The notes under the pieces were generated by a model. The model was not told the origin of the DNA. It made no database searches and was given only the letters and a program-made list of their open reading frames with translations. This document shows, one piece after another, positions 20,166 through 30,252 of a stretch of 64,000 bases of DNA. The position numbers and the translations under genes were made by a program. The stretch is from an uncultured Poribacteria bacterium (lineage in GTDB: Bacteria > Poribacteria > WGA-4E > WGA-3G). The stretch spans positions 3,104,001 through 3,168,000 of the forward strand of contig CATQHZ020000001.1 of assembly GCA_958296135.2 (NCBI GenBank), given 5' to 3'. Numbering within the stretch: position 1 is the stretch's first letter; each line of letters opens with the position of its first letter.

Positions 20166-21164
20166 ATGTATATTGCAAGATTAGCGTTGATTTGCATCAT
20201 CGCTTTTGCATTGTCAATGGGTGCTCAGGTGATGGCAACCGAATCGACGGATGCCACACCGGACGCGACCGTTGAAAAAGTGACGCTTAGCGTGACAGGC
20301 ATGACGTGAGGCGGCTGTGTTTCTGCAGTGCAGGGTGCACTCAAGAAAGTCGCCGGTGTCACGGAAGTCGTCAGTGTTTCGTCAGCCGACAATCAGGCTG
20401 TCGTGAAGGTAGAGAAGGGGAAAGTTGACACGGCGGCACTTGTCGCAGCCGTCGAAGCAGACCCGCGCTTCAAAGCCGAGGTTGTTATGCCTAAGCCCGC
20501 GGTTGAAGAAGTGACGCTGAAAGTGACAGGGATGACGTGAGGTGCGTGCACTGCTAAGGTGCAGGATGCACTTGGAAAAGTCGCCGGTGTCACGGAAGTC
20601 ATCAGCGTTTCTACAGACAGCAATACGGCTGTGGTGAAGGTTGAAAAAGACAAAGTCGCCGCTGCCGATTTGACAACCGCTATCAAAGCCGCAGGGTTTA
20701 CCGCGGAAGTGATGCCTATCGCCGAAGTGACGCTGAAAGTGACAGGGATGACGTGAGGTGCGTGCACTACTAAGGTGCAGGATGCACTTGGAAAAGTCGC
20801 CGGTGTCATGGAAGTCATCAGTGTCTCCACAGACAGTAACACGGCTGTGGTGAAGGTTGAAAAAGGCAAGGTCGCGGATGCTGATTTGACAACCGCTGTC
20901 AAAGCCGCAGGATTCACCGCGGAAGTTGTCAAGCCGGAAGTTGAAGAGGTGACGCTGAAAGTAACAGGGATGATGTGTGATGCATGTCCCGCCAAGGTAG
21001 AAGCCGCCCTCGGTAAGGTGGACGGTGTCGCCGAGGTTGTCAGCGTTTCGATGGCGGACAGCACGGCTGTGGTGAAGATCGAGAAGGGGAAAGTGACGAC
21101 AGCTGCCCTCATTGAGGCAGTTGCTGGCGCGCACCCGGGTTTCAAAGCGGAAGTCGCCAAATAG
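20166..21164 (+). CDS. Secreted protein with four HMA domains, three with in-frame TGA (putative selenocysteine, GMT-U-x-x-C), 332 aa
   Basis: SD AAGGAGG, signal peptide, four ORF pieces in one frame; TGA at 20307, 20538 and 20754 at the first Cys position; domain 4 has GMMCDAC. Confidence 0.9.
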
Positions 21165-21174
21165 CGCGGCACGG

Positions 21175-21200
21175 AAGGATGGGCTTTGCCCGTCTTTTCT
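21175..21200 (+). terminator. Intrinsic terminator after the HMA gene
   Basis: AAGGATGGGC-TTT-GCCCGTCTT followed by a T-rich run. Confidence 0.6.
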
Positions 21201-21647
21201 TAGTTTGCTGGTAGGCGCGCTTTCAAAGCGCGCCTACCGAAATTCTGGAAAGGAACGCGTTCAGATTCAAGCGGGTGCCTACATGACGTTCAAAGATATT
21301 CTTCCGCTCATGTTCCCGGTGAGAGCGGTTCATCCGCAGGTGCAAGCCTGGTCTGGCAACCTTGAGCGCGCTGTTTTTCATCTCAGGGACGAGGTTCCGC
21401 CGGAAGTAGAGTGGGTGTGGTTCTTCCATCACGAGGACAGCTGCATCTATAAATTTCAAAGCGTTCGCGGCATCCATCATCAATGGAAAATGGCCGAGGT
21501 CTGCGATGCTGGCACACTGCCGAAGTTCGTAAATCAGAAGGCTTTTGCGGAGATACCGGCGGTGTTTCCGCAAAATAAGCGGTAGGCGCGGTTTCTCAGC
21601 GTCAATCCCGTAGGCGCGGTTTGAAATCGCGCCTACGGGGTTTTCTG

Positions 21648-22505
21648 TCACTGCTGCGCGTAGAGCGGGTTTTCAAGCAGCGACTGTACCTCGTAAATTG
21701 AACCCTTCTTCTCCGAATAGGGTTCCGGCATCCGCACGGGTGCCGCAACCATGCGCGGCTGGTTCGTCGGTTCACCACGGATGATAAAGTCGTTGAAGCT
21801 ATCCCAATCCGGAATCCCTTTTAGCGGCCACGCATCCACAGCGCAATACTGGAACAGGAGTAAACGCCGCGGCTTATCGGAGGTATTCGGTGCCGAACCG
21901 TGCAACGCTCGGACATGGTGGATGGAAATCCCGCCGGCTTTCAGTTCAACCGGTACCGCTTCCTCCGGCGTGAAATCGGCCTCGGTCACCGCACCGATAA
22001 ACGCGCCGTTTTGGTGATGATTCAAGGTGGGCCCCTTGTGGGAACCGGGGAGTATCATCAGTGCCCCGTTCTCCACCGTCATGTCATCAATGACAACCCC
22101 GACAGCGAGCAGATCATCGTTCGTGTGCGGATAAAACGCCCAATCCTGATGCCATTCCACCGGACTGCCAAACGCCGGATACTTCATATTCAGTTTATGT
22201 CCGTTATACCGGAGCCCGGGCCCGATGAGCTGCTCAACGATGTCCAGAATCTTCGGGTGTCGCAAGGTTCCGTCGTAGACTGAGTGGTAGAGCCCCGGGT
22301 TTTTGATGCGGCGCACACGCGGGTTCGCGGGGGTGTGCCCCGGCTCCAGATCGAAGATGTCGGTATGTTCTGTAACTTCCCTGGATTTCTCGACAAATTC
22401 ATCGGTGACCCGGCGGAGTGCTACGACTTCATCGGCTGTCAGCACTGCTTCAACGCCGAGGTAGCCGTTTTCATTGTAAAAACCGAGTTGTTCTTGAGTG
22501 AGCAT
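21648..22505 (-). CDS. PhyH-family dioxygenase
   Basis: KLNMK, WHQDW, LPGSH, LHGSAPNTS..PRR. Confidence 0.92.
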   Translation of the reverse strand: MLTQEQLGFYNENGYLGVEAVLTADEVVALRRVTDEFVEKSREVTEHTDIFDLEPGHTPANPRVRRIKNPGLYHSVYDGTLRHPKILDIVEQLIGPGLRYNGHKLNMKYPAFGSPVEWHQDWAFYPHTNDDLLAVGVVIDDMTVENGALMILPGSHKGPTLNHHQNGAFIGAVTEADFTPEEAVPVELKAGGISIHHVRALHGSAPNTSDKPRRLLLFQYCAVDAWPLKGIPDWDSFNDFIIRGEPTNQPRMVAAPVRMPEPYSEKKGSIYEVQSLLENPLYAQQ

Positions 22506-22560
22506 GGTATCGTTCCTCCTAGAGCTGATAAATCGTGACCGGCAGATCGCTCTTACAGAT

Positions 22561-22642
22561 TAGGACTGACGCAGCAGAGCCCGGGAGGCGTGTTTTATAA
22601 GCGCGCCTACCGGACAGGAATTACGGAATTGCGTAAGTCCTG
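22561..22642. mobile_element. MITE-like element carrying a REP
   Basis: Imperfect terminal inverted repeats TAGGACTGACGCA/TGCGTAAGTCCTG flanked by AGAT on both sides. Confidence 0.55.
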
Positions 22643-22673
22643 AGATGATATTTTTATTATACCTCAGTTCTGT

Positions 22674-23921
22674 TTAAAAATTCAACAGTTCCGCATAAAT
22701 TCCCTGCACCTTTTTGACATGCGTCCCAATGCCGAACGCTTCTTCCGCGCGCTTTCGGGCGGCACGCCCCATTTTTTCAGAGAGACGACGGTTCGTGGCA
22801 AGGTGGACAATGCTGTCCGCAATCGCCGCCATTTCGGAACGTAACCGAGTGTTTCCAATGCCGTCTGTCTCCTCAACGGATAACGGCATCACCCACCCCG
22901 TAACGCCATTGACAAGCATCTCTGCGGTGCTGCCGATAGGCGTGCCGATGACAGGCTTCCCGGTAGCCATCGCCTCGGCGATAACACTCCCCGCTGAAAG
23001 TGTGACGAGCAAGTCCAACTCTTGCATTGCCCGCGGCATATCGGCGCAGTGGCCCGTGAACATGAGCCGTTCGTTTAACTGGAGGACTGTCACGAGTTGG
23101 CGGACCTCGCGTTCATACGCGCGATGTTCAGGTGTATTCTCCAACGCCGCCCCGATGATGTGAAAGCGAACGTTTTCGCATTGCGCCGCAACCTGCGCCG
23201 CTATTTCAACGAACGTCTGTTGGCGTTTGAAGGGTTCAATTCTGCCGACTATCCCGACGATAAATGGGCGAATCTCTTGTAGGAGAGACCTCCTGGTCCC
23301 GATGCTTTCGCTTAGGGGCGCCCTCCCTGTCTCGATGCCCACCTCTCGCGAGGACATTTTGCCTGTCTCAATGTCTTCGCTTGGTGGACGAAAAACGGAC
23401 AAATCCACACAATTCAGGATAACCTCTATCCTTTCAGGAGGGATGCCGGCTTGGAGCAGCGGTTGCTTGCTCTGTTCGGAGATAGCGATGATGCAGTCCA
23501 TCCGATCAAAGTTGTATTTCCGCACCTGCGCTGGCGTAAGAAGATTTCGTACGTGCGAAACGACTGGTATGTTCAACTGCTTTTTGAGTTGCCACACATA
23601 AGGGTTCAGCCACGAATCGGAGGTATGCACCAATTGCGCGTTGTGCGCTTTCGCGAGGGCGGCAAGTTTTGCGGCTGCGCTGTGCCGCGCGATGCGCGAT
23701 TTTGCCTTGCGCCACGGCGGCAGCGCGAGAATTGTTGTCGGTGTGTTCGCACGCCTTAACTGCTCGGCGAAAACGCCATCGTCTGGGCAGACGACGAGCG
23801 GCTGATAGCGTTCCTTGTCTACGTTTGTGACGAGGTAATAGAGCTGCCTTTCGCCCCCGCCGATGCTGGAGCCGCAATGGCTGAGGTAAAGAATGGGGGT
23901 TGCAGGAAGTTTTTTTGGCAT
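22674..23921 (-). CDS. GT4-family glycosyltransferase
   Basis: GGGER, VGRIEPFKRQ, EAMATGKPVI; contains a REP-derived insert. Confidence 0.92.
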   Translation of the reverse strand: MPKKLPATPILYLSHCGSSIGGGERQLYYLVTNVDKERYQPLVVCPDDGVFAEQLRRANTPTTILALPPWRKAKSRIARHSAAAKLAALAKAHNAQLVHTSDSWLNPYVWQLKKQLNIPVVSHVRNLLTPAQVRKYNFDRMDCIIAISEQSKQPLLQAGIPPERIEVILNCVDLSVFRPPSEDIETGKMSSREVGIETGRAPLSESIGTRRSLLQEIRPFIVGIVGRIEPFKRQQTFVEIAAQVAAQCENVRFHIIGAALENTPEHRAYEREVRQLVTVLQLNERLMFTGHCADMPRAMQELDLLVTLSAGSVIAEAMATGKPVIGTPIGSTAEMLVNGVTGWVMPLSVEETDGIGNTRLRSEMAAIADSIVHLATNRRLSEKMGRAARKRAEEAFGIGTHVKKVQGIYAELLNF

Positions 23922-24069
23922 TCTGGGAGTGGCGAGGGACAGGCCCTCGCGCTACGGTGAAAAGGGCTCGGTGCAGTGGCGATAACTCTATGAGATACTA
24001 GGATAACCTACCCTAATCTATCGATGTGCATTTTGACTTGCATTCGGCTTGATTTTGTGGTATAATATA

Positions 24070-24158
24070 GTTACCGTTGGGGGCGAGACTGCTAGGCGCG
24101 GCTTCCCGCCGTGTCTCTCGCCCCACCTATCTAGCAGCAGGTGACAACCAACGGGAAC
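24070..24158 (+). ncRNA. Structured 5' leader RNA of tnpB, copy 2
   Basis: Covaries with 18327-18420. Confidence 0.6.
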
Positions 24159-24167
24159 GGTGACGCT

Positions 24168-25391
24168 ATGGCACTACGAGCCCAGAAGATAGCACTCCAT
24201 CCAACTGAGGAACAGGTCGAGGCATTTAACCTGCATGTGGCATTCGCACGCGCTGCATATAATGCCGCGCATTCTGATTGGAACGCCGACCGCCGTAACT
24301 CCCTCTACGATTTGAAGAAAATCTTCAACTCACGGAAGCGGCAGGTGTTCCCCGAATTCGCCGCGTGTTCTCAAAACGCAGGCAAGAATGCTATCCACGC
24401 TTTCGGTGATGCTATCGCCAGATACAAATCGGGACAGAATGGTGCGCCCAAACGGAAGACGCATAAATCCACACCTGCTTTTCAGATGGACAATGGCGTG
24501 GATACCGTCAAAATAACGGAGGACAGCAAACATGTCGTTCTCCCGACAATTGGACAGGTTAGGTTGCATGAACCCCCTCGATGGACAGGTGAAGTTCGCC
24601 GTGCTTTCGTCAAGCGAATCGCACATCGTTGGTATCTCAGCATCCTTGTCGACGTTAATGAACCGGAACCGCCCGACACGTCAGCACTGCCCCCTGCAGG
24701 TTGTGATGTCGGCATCTCTGCCCTCGCCACGATGGACGATGGCACTGTCTATGAAAATCCGCGTGCCTTGCGCGTCAATGAACGCAAACTACGCCGCGCC
24801 AATAAGGCACTCTCCCGCAAGACGTTCCTGAGCAAAAACTGGTGGCAGGCGAAGGAATGCCTCGCCCGCCTGCATGCCCGTATCGCCAATGTCCGAACCG
24901 ATGCGCATCATCAGGCAACACATCGCATCCTGCAAGGTATTTCGGCACTTGGCATCGAAAGCCTCACCGTGAAAGGTTTGATGAAAAATCGCAAGCTGAG
25001 CAAGGCACTCGCGGACGCAAGCCTCGGTGGTTTTCTCGTCAAACTTAAATACAAAGCGGTGCGCCGGGGTATCCGTATTGTGTCAGCAGATGAGTTCTGG
25101 CCGTCAACACAGCGATGCAGTTCTTGTGGATACATTAAGCGTGGTGAATTCAAGCTGTCCCTGAAGGACAGAGAATACCATTGCGGTGTGTGTGGTTTCA
25201 TAGAAGATAGAGACGTTAACGCAGCTATAAACCTTCGACAGCTCGCCTCCAGCACGGAGGAGAGTCTAAACGCCTGTGGAGAAGCCGTAACACCAACTGC
25301 GGTTGGCTGGCATCACAACCCGCGTGTGCGCGGAAGAAGCAGGAAACCGCTAACCTCTCAGAGACTCATAGACTTCGCACATGCTAGATAA
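24168..25391 (+). CDS. tnpB: RNA-guided endonuclease TnpB (IS607-type)
   Basis: GCDVG, IESL, CSSC/CGVC, DRDVNAA; start MALRAQKIAL aligns with element 1. Confidence 0.95.
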   Translation: MALRAQKIALHPTEEQVEAFNLHVAFARAAYNAAHSDWNADRRNSLYDLKKIFNSRKRQVFPEFAACSQNAGKNAIHAFGDAIARYKSGQNGAPKRKTHKSTPAFQMDNGVDTVKITEDSKHVVLPTIGQVRLHEPPRWTGEVRRAFVKRIAHRWYLSILVDVNEPEPPDTSALPPAGCDVGISALATMDDGTVYENPRALRVNERKLRRANKALSRKTFLSKNWWQAKECLARLHARIANVRTDAHHQATHRILQGISALGIESLTVKGLMKNRKLSKALADASLGGFLVKLKYKAVRRGIRIVSADEFWPSTQRCSSCGYIKRGEFKLSLKDREYHCGVCGFIEDRDVNAAINLRQLASSTEESLNACGEAVTPTAVGWHHNPRVRGRSRKPLTSQRLIDFAHAR

Positions 25392-25488
25392 GTCTATATT
25401 TGACGAGATGCTCATAGGTTATGTAGTGCGGTGAATTTCGTCAGGCGGATATAGAAACCCGCCATGACAAATCGGCGAAATGTTAGTA

Positions 25489-26478
25489 TTAAACCGGAAA
25501 AATCAGTTTTTGCTCTAAGAAAACTTGGCTGACCGAACGGTGGTGATGAATCCGCAGAATCGCCTCGGCGAGCAGTGGTGCGATGGAAAGCACCTTGATT
25601 TTCCCATTCAGTTCTTTCTCCGGCGGAATAGGAATCGTGTTGGTTGTGACGACTTCCCGGATCGCTGGATGTTTCAATCGCTCTAAGGCCGGTCCGACGA
25701 GGACAGCGTGCGCGATGCTAATGTATGCCGGATTTGCCCCTGCTTCCGCGAGTGCTTTTGCCTGCTGATAGATGCTTCCGCCCGTGGCAATCTCATCGTC
25801 GATAACGATAGGGGTTTTGCCTGCAACGTCCCCAACTAATTCGACGAATTCTACCTGTTGTCCATCAACACCGCCGCGCCGCTTGTGCATGATGGCTAGC
25901 GGCAGGCCGAGGATGCCGGCGTATTTCTCCGCCAGTTTCGCGCGTCCAGCGTCCGGGGCGACGACGACACCGTTTTCAACCACCTGTTTCTCTTTGAAAT
26001 AGTTGGCCAGGGTCGTGACGGCTGTCAGATGATCCAAGGGGATATCAAAGAACGCTTGGATCTGCGGGACGTGCAAATCGATGGCGATGACGCGACTTGC
26101 GCCTGCGGTTGTCAAGAGATTCGCGACCAGTTTCGCGCTAATCGGTTCGCGTCCTGTCGTCTTGTGGTCCTGCCGTGCGTATCCGAAATAGGGGATGATT
26201 GCGGTAATCTGCCGCGCCGAGGCCCGCTTCATTGCGTCAATCGTGATGAGCAGTTCCATCAAGGTTTCGTTAGCGGGTTCGCACGTTGGCTGGACGAGAT
26301 AGATATCTGTCCCGCGAATGCTTTCCTCAATCTGGACTCGAGTTTCGCTATTAGGAAAAGGTCCGATTGAAATTTTTCCGAGTTCAACACCTAGGGTTGC
26401 GGCGATTTCTTGTGCTAGTGCCGGGTTTGCGCGTCCGGCGAAGAGCCTGAAATCTCCGCGCACTTTCTGGTCAATCAT
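25489..26478 (-). CDS. prs: Ribose-phosphate pyrophosphokinase
   Basis: PYFGYARQD, DLH, VAPDAG, VIDDEIATGGS. Confidence 0.96.
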   Translation of the reverse strand: MIDQKVRGDFRLFAGRANPALAQEIAATLGVELGKISIGPFPNSETRVQIEESIRGTDIYLVQPTCEPANETLMELLITIDAMKRASARQITAIIPYFGYARQDHKTTGREPISAKLVANLLTTAGASRVIAIDLHVPQIQAFFDIPLDHLTAVTTLANYFKEKQVVENGVVVAPDAGRAKLAEKYAGILGLPLAIMHKRRGGVDGQQVEFVELVGDVAGKTPIVIDDEIATGGSIYQQAKALAEAGANPAYISIAHAVLVGPALERLKHPAIREVVTTNTIPIPPEKELNGKIKVLSIAPLLAEAILRIHHHRSVSQVFLEQKLIFPV

Positions 26479-26533
26479 TGCGAAGTCTCCTTTTTCTGTA
26501 GGTATCGCGCGTGATGAGAGATAGCCCCTCGCG

Positions 26534-28168
26534 CTACGGTAACCGGCCGGTCAGGAGGGATTCTCCGGTCATTTCCGCGGGTTGCTTCAAGCCGAGCAAT
26601 CGGAGGGCCGTGGGCGCAATGTCGGCAAGCCTCCCTCCGGTTCGGAGTTGTAGCCCTTTGCACCTGTCATCGACGAGAATCAGGTTTACGTCGTAGGTGG
26701 TATGCGCGGTGTGGATGCCGCCTGTTTCTACATCGATCATCTGCTCGCAGTTGCCGTGGTCTGCCGTGACGATGAGCGCGCCGCCCTTTTTCAGTACTGC
26801 TTCAACGATTTTGCCAACGCCGCTATCCACAGTTTCAACCGCTTTGATAGATGCCTTCAGCGAGCCGGTATGTCCCACCATGTCGCCGTTTGCGTAGTTA
26901 AGCACCATCAGTTCGTATTTGTCCGAGGCAATTCGGCGCAGCATCTCTGCTGTCACGCCGGGTGCGGACATTTCCGGCTTCTGGTCATACGTTGTGACAT
27001 CGCGCGGTGAGGCGATGATTTGCCGCTCTTCCCCCGGATAGGGTGCGTCACGGTAATCGTTGAAAAAGAACGTGACATGCGGAAATTTCTCTGTCTCCGC
27101 GCATCGGAATTGCGTTAAGCCCGCCGCGCTGGCGTAAGTCCCCAGGGTATTCTCCATCTTGGGCGGTTTTTTGATTGCAGTTTCAACAGGAAGTCCCTGT
27201 TCGTATTCTGTCATTGTAACAAACTTAACGTTGATTTTGCAATTCCGTTTAAATCCCATCTGCCGCGTGACACCGTCCTTCCCTTCTGCTTCAAAAGGAA
27301 ACGTATCAAGGCAGAACGCTTTGGCGAGTTCTCTCGGCCGGTCTCCCCGGAAATTGTAGAAGACAACAGCATCGCCATCGGCAATCCGCGGAAGGATTTT
27401 GCCGTTTTCGTCCACAATTGCTGTGGGCCGAATGAATTCGTCGCCTTTCCGGTTTGTGTCATCGGGGTTTTCGTAGTAGCGGCGATAGGCATCGGCGGCG
27501 GTAGTCGCGCGCTCGCCTGCGCCCTCAGTTAAAAGGCGATACGCTACCTCCACCCGGCCCCACCGGTCATCCCTATCCATCGCGTAGTAACGCCCGACAA
27601 CGGAGGCTATCTGTCCGATGCCGATGTCTTTCAGTTTCGCTTCGATTTGTTCACAGAATTGCACCCCGAGGTCTGGTTGACAGTCGCGGCCGTCGCTGAA
27701 GTTGTGAACAAGCACCTGGTCAGCGTTCAGTCCGTTTGCCTTGGCGAGGGCGAGGAGCCCATAGAGATGCTCCAGCGAGCTGTGAACGCCGGCATCGCTT
27801 GCCAATCCCATCAGATGCAGGTGTGTTCCGTTGCTTTTGACGTGCGCGATTGCGTCCAAAAGCACCTCATTTCGGTTGAATTCTCCGGTGTGCATCATCG
27901 TGCTAATACGCAGGAGTTCCTGATTCACGATGCGTCCTGCGCCGATGTTCTGATGTCCGACCTCGCTATTGCCGATGACACCCGCTGGCAAGCCGACATC
28001 TTCGCCGGAAGTATGAATTAGCACATTCGGATACGTCTGCCTCAGCCAGTCATCTACCGGCGTTTTGGCGAGGTAAACAGCATTCACGTTGTTCGACTCA
28101 GGATACGGATTGTGTCCCCAGCCATCTCGGATGATGAGGACGACAGGACGTTTTTGTAAGTTTGTCAC
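26534..28168 (-). CDS. gpmI: 2,3-BPG-independent phosphoglycerate mutase
   Basis: DGWG, GNSEVGH, GRYYAMDRD, AETEK, DMVGHTG, TADHGN. Confidence 0.97.
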   Translation of the reverse strand: MTNLQKRPVVLIIRDGWGHNPYPESNNVNAVYLAKTPVDDWLRQTYPNVLIHTSGEDVGLPAGVIGNSEVGHQNIGAGRIVNQELLRISTMMHTGEFNRNEVLLDAIAHVKSNGTHLHLMGLASDAGVHSSLEHLYGLLALAKANGLNADQVLVHNFSDGRDCQPDLGVQFCEQIEAKLKDIGIGQIASVVGRYYAMDRDDRWGRVEVAYRLLTEGAGERATTAADAYRRYYENPDDTNRKGDEFIRPTAIVDENGKILPRIADGDAVVFYNFRGDRPRELAKAFCLDTFPFEAEGKDGVTRQMGFKRNCKINVKFVTMTEYEQGLPVETAIKKPPKMENTLGTYASAAGLTQFRCAETEKFPHVTFFFNDYRDAPYPGEERQIIASPRDVTTYDQKPEMSAPGVTAEMLRRIASDKYELMVLNYANGDMVGHTGSLKASIKAVETVDSGVGKIVEAVLKKGGALIVTADHGNCEQMIDVETGGIHTAHTTYDVNLILVDDRCKGLQLRTGGRLADIAPTALRLLGLKQPAEMTGESLLTGRLP

Positions 28169-28463
28169 GCGATTTCCTTTCTGGCGTTTGAAATTTTGGA
28201 TGCAATATGTTAGACTATTGATTCGCTGCTACGGGTTTGGCCGCGCGCGATAAGATTTTATCACATTTTTAACAGGAAATCAAGGTAAGGTTCAAATCTG
28301 TTTTTGTCAGTATGAAATCGGACACTGTTTCCGGGCGGTCTGCAGCGGAAATGCTGCGGCCATCGCGCCCGCCTATAAGGGCGGATTTCTATATTCGCCT
28401 GTCGGTGAGAATTACCCGATGATTTTCTTGAGCTCCATGCAAGCGCGCGAAAGGAGAATAACT

Positions 28464-29309
28464 ATGGACACAACTTGGCTTGAATACTGCGCCACAGACG
28501 AACAACTCAAAGCGTTCAACGATGAAGGCTACCTCATTGTGGAGAACGCTTTGGCCCCTGAAATGGCGGACGCGCTGGAAGCAGTGGCAGACCGGATTGA
28601 TGCCGCGGAGCGCGCTGCCAATGGACTCGCGCCGCACGAACTAATGTCCAAATTCCGCACCGTCATTGAAGACGACATCTTCCTTGAATTGCTGGACACC
28701 AAGAAGGTGTTCCCCCTGCTGTGGGACATCTTGGGATGGAACATCCAATTGTATATCTCGCATCTCATCATGTATCCGCCGGAGCCGCCCGATGCGCCGC
28801 GCCTCCGAAAAGGTGCGCATTGGCATCAGGATGGCGGTAGGCCGGTGCCAGAGATGGAACGTCCCCACCCGCGTCTCTCGCTGAAGGTGAGTTACTGGCT
28901 GAGCGATGTCACGCACCGCGACAACGGTGCGATGCGCATTATCCCGGGAAGCCATAAACTTGACACGCGTCCATCCCAAAGCGATGCTGACAGCGACCCG
29001 GGCGGTGCCATGGATTTGTTAGTGAAACGCGGCACGGCGGTGCTGTTCGACCGGCGGATGTGGCACTCGCGCGGCAGAAATTACTCCGATGCCACACGGA
29101 AAGTCCTGTTCATGGGGTATAGTTATCGGTGGTTACGGGGCCTGGATTACAACCTCATGCCGCCTGACATCCTCGCTAAATGCGATGCGATTCGGCGGCA
29201 GTTGTTGGGCGACGGTGTGGATATTAAGGGCTGGTGGCAACCCACAGATGCAGACGTGCCGCTGAAGACCTGGATTGCGGCGCATCGCGGCGAGGGGTAT
29301 GTGCGCTAG
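28464..29309 (+). CDS. PhyH-family dioxygenase
   Basis: WHQDG, IPGSH, FDRRMWH; ATG after AAGGAG. Confidence 0.9.
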   Translation: MDTTWLEYCATDEQLKAFNDEGYLIVENALAPEMADALEAVADRIDAAERAANGLAPHELMSKFRTVIEDDIFLELLDTKKVFPLLWDILGWNIQLYISHLIMYPPEPPDAPRLRKGAHWHQDGGRPVPEMERPHPRLSLKVSYWLSDVTHRDNGAMRIIPGSHKLDTRPSQSDADSDPGGAMDLLVKRGTAVLFDRRMWHSRGRNYSDATRKVLFMGYSYRWLRGLDYNLMPPDILAKCDAIRRQLLGDGVDIKGWWQPTDADVPLKTWIAAHRGEGYVR

Positions 29310-29519
29310 GCGTAATGCCAAATGACTTAACGCGTCTCTCCGCTGTCGATGGAGATTCGCCGGCGCCTGATTCAGACAACAGGCATAGCGAGAAACAGGC
29401 ATTCGGGATGGCGGTGCTTGACGATGCCTATAGTTTCTTTAGACAACAAGCATAGCGAGGGGAACCCTCGGCGATTCGCGCTCGCCGGGTTTTCCCGCGC
29501 CCTACGGGCTGTGGGACGC

Positions 29520-30155
29520 TCACTGCCCGGCACGTGACGGCTCTCGCCCTCCGGCATGAGTGGTGCTTGCAGCTTTGAAGATAGCATCAATTGCACCGAA
29601 AAGTGCTGGCAAATCCTGCAAGGAGAAGAACGTTGTGTCTTCAGTAAATGTATCGCCGACAAGTCGTCCAAATTGCCACCGCTCGCCATCGGTGACAATG
29701 CCATAAACCGGGAAACCTGCATCGGCGTTGATTTTTTGTGCCGCTACCAATTCGGCAAGGCATTGTCCCCAGCCTGTCTCAAAATCGTTCCGCTTCGCCT
29801 CAACCAGCATGATTAGCGGACTTCCGACAACGAGCGGCCCTAATTCCGAGCGGGTAGAGACAAAGTAATCTGGCGTGCCGCTCAACGTGTCATTGTAAGT
29901 CATGGATTTTTCTATCCAGAGCGCGTAACCTTCGGCGTATGGCTTGTAGACCTCGCGCAAAATCGGATAGATCAGTGCCTGACACTTTGCTGCCTCGGAT
30001 GCCAACACATCAATGTGCTGCCGTGTAAACGCGAGTTCTTGCAGGAACTGTTCGGATGGGTTTGAAGGTTCACCCTGGATGAAGTCCTGCCGCCTGTGTC
30101 GAATTCCGAACTTTGCTTGGACTTCCGGAATTTCCTTGAAATCGCTAAATGCCAT
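29520..30155 (-). CDS. PD-(D/E)xK restriction-endonuclease-like protein
   Basis: GTPDY...LVEAK...GQCLAELVAAQ...YGIVTDG..WQF. Confidence 0.75.
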   Translation of the reverse strand: MAFSDFKEIPEVQAKFGIRHRRQDFIQGEPSNPSEQFLQELAFTRQHIDVLASEAAKCQALIYPILREVYKPYAEGYALWIEKSMTYNDTLSGTPDYFVSTRSELGPLVVGSPLIMLVEAKRNDFETGWGQCLAELVAAQKINADAGFPVYGIVTDGERWQFGRLVGDTFTEDTTFFSLQDLPALFGAIDAIFKAASTTHAGGREPSRAGQ

Positions 30156-30252
30156 GGGGTGTTATCTCCTCTCAAACGATGTCCGGCGCGGGACAGGCCC
30201 TCGCCCTACGGGACGTGGGACGCTCACTGCCCGGCGGGGACATCAACAGAAT

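Larger units (their letters stand above)
23967..25431 (+). mobile_element. Non-autonomous IS607-like tnpB element 2
   Basis: AAGGG|CTCGGTGCAGTGGCGA ... GTAGTGCGG|; same end architecture as element 1; no tnpA. Confidence 0.8.

Noticed and set aside
20166-21164. Pseudogene, four separate small genes, or genome-wide TGA reassignment
   Set aside because: The stops fall only at the motif Cys with a hairpin at fixed distance; separate ORFs would each lack the metal-binding loop; TGA ends normal genes elsewhere.
21223-21651. Gene between the HMA gene and PhyH (21283-21585 + or 21223-21651 -)
   Set aside because: Two mutually antisense ORFs bounded by REPs with no recognisable motif; cannot choose between them.
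18432-25391. Cas12f or inactivated TnpB-derived regulator
   Set aside because: No array or cas1/cas2, the RuvC triad is intact and transposon ends are present.
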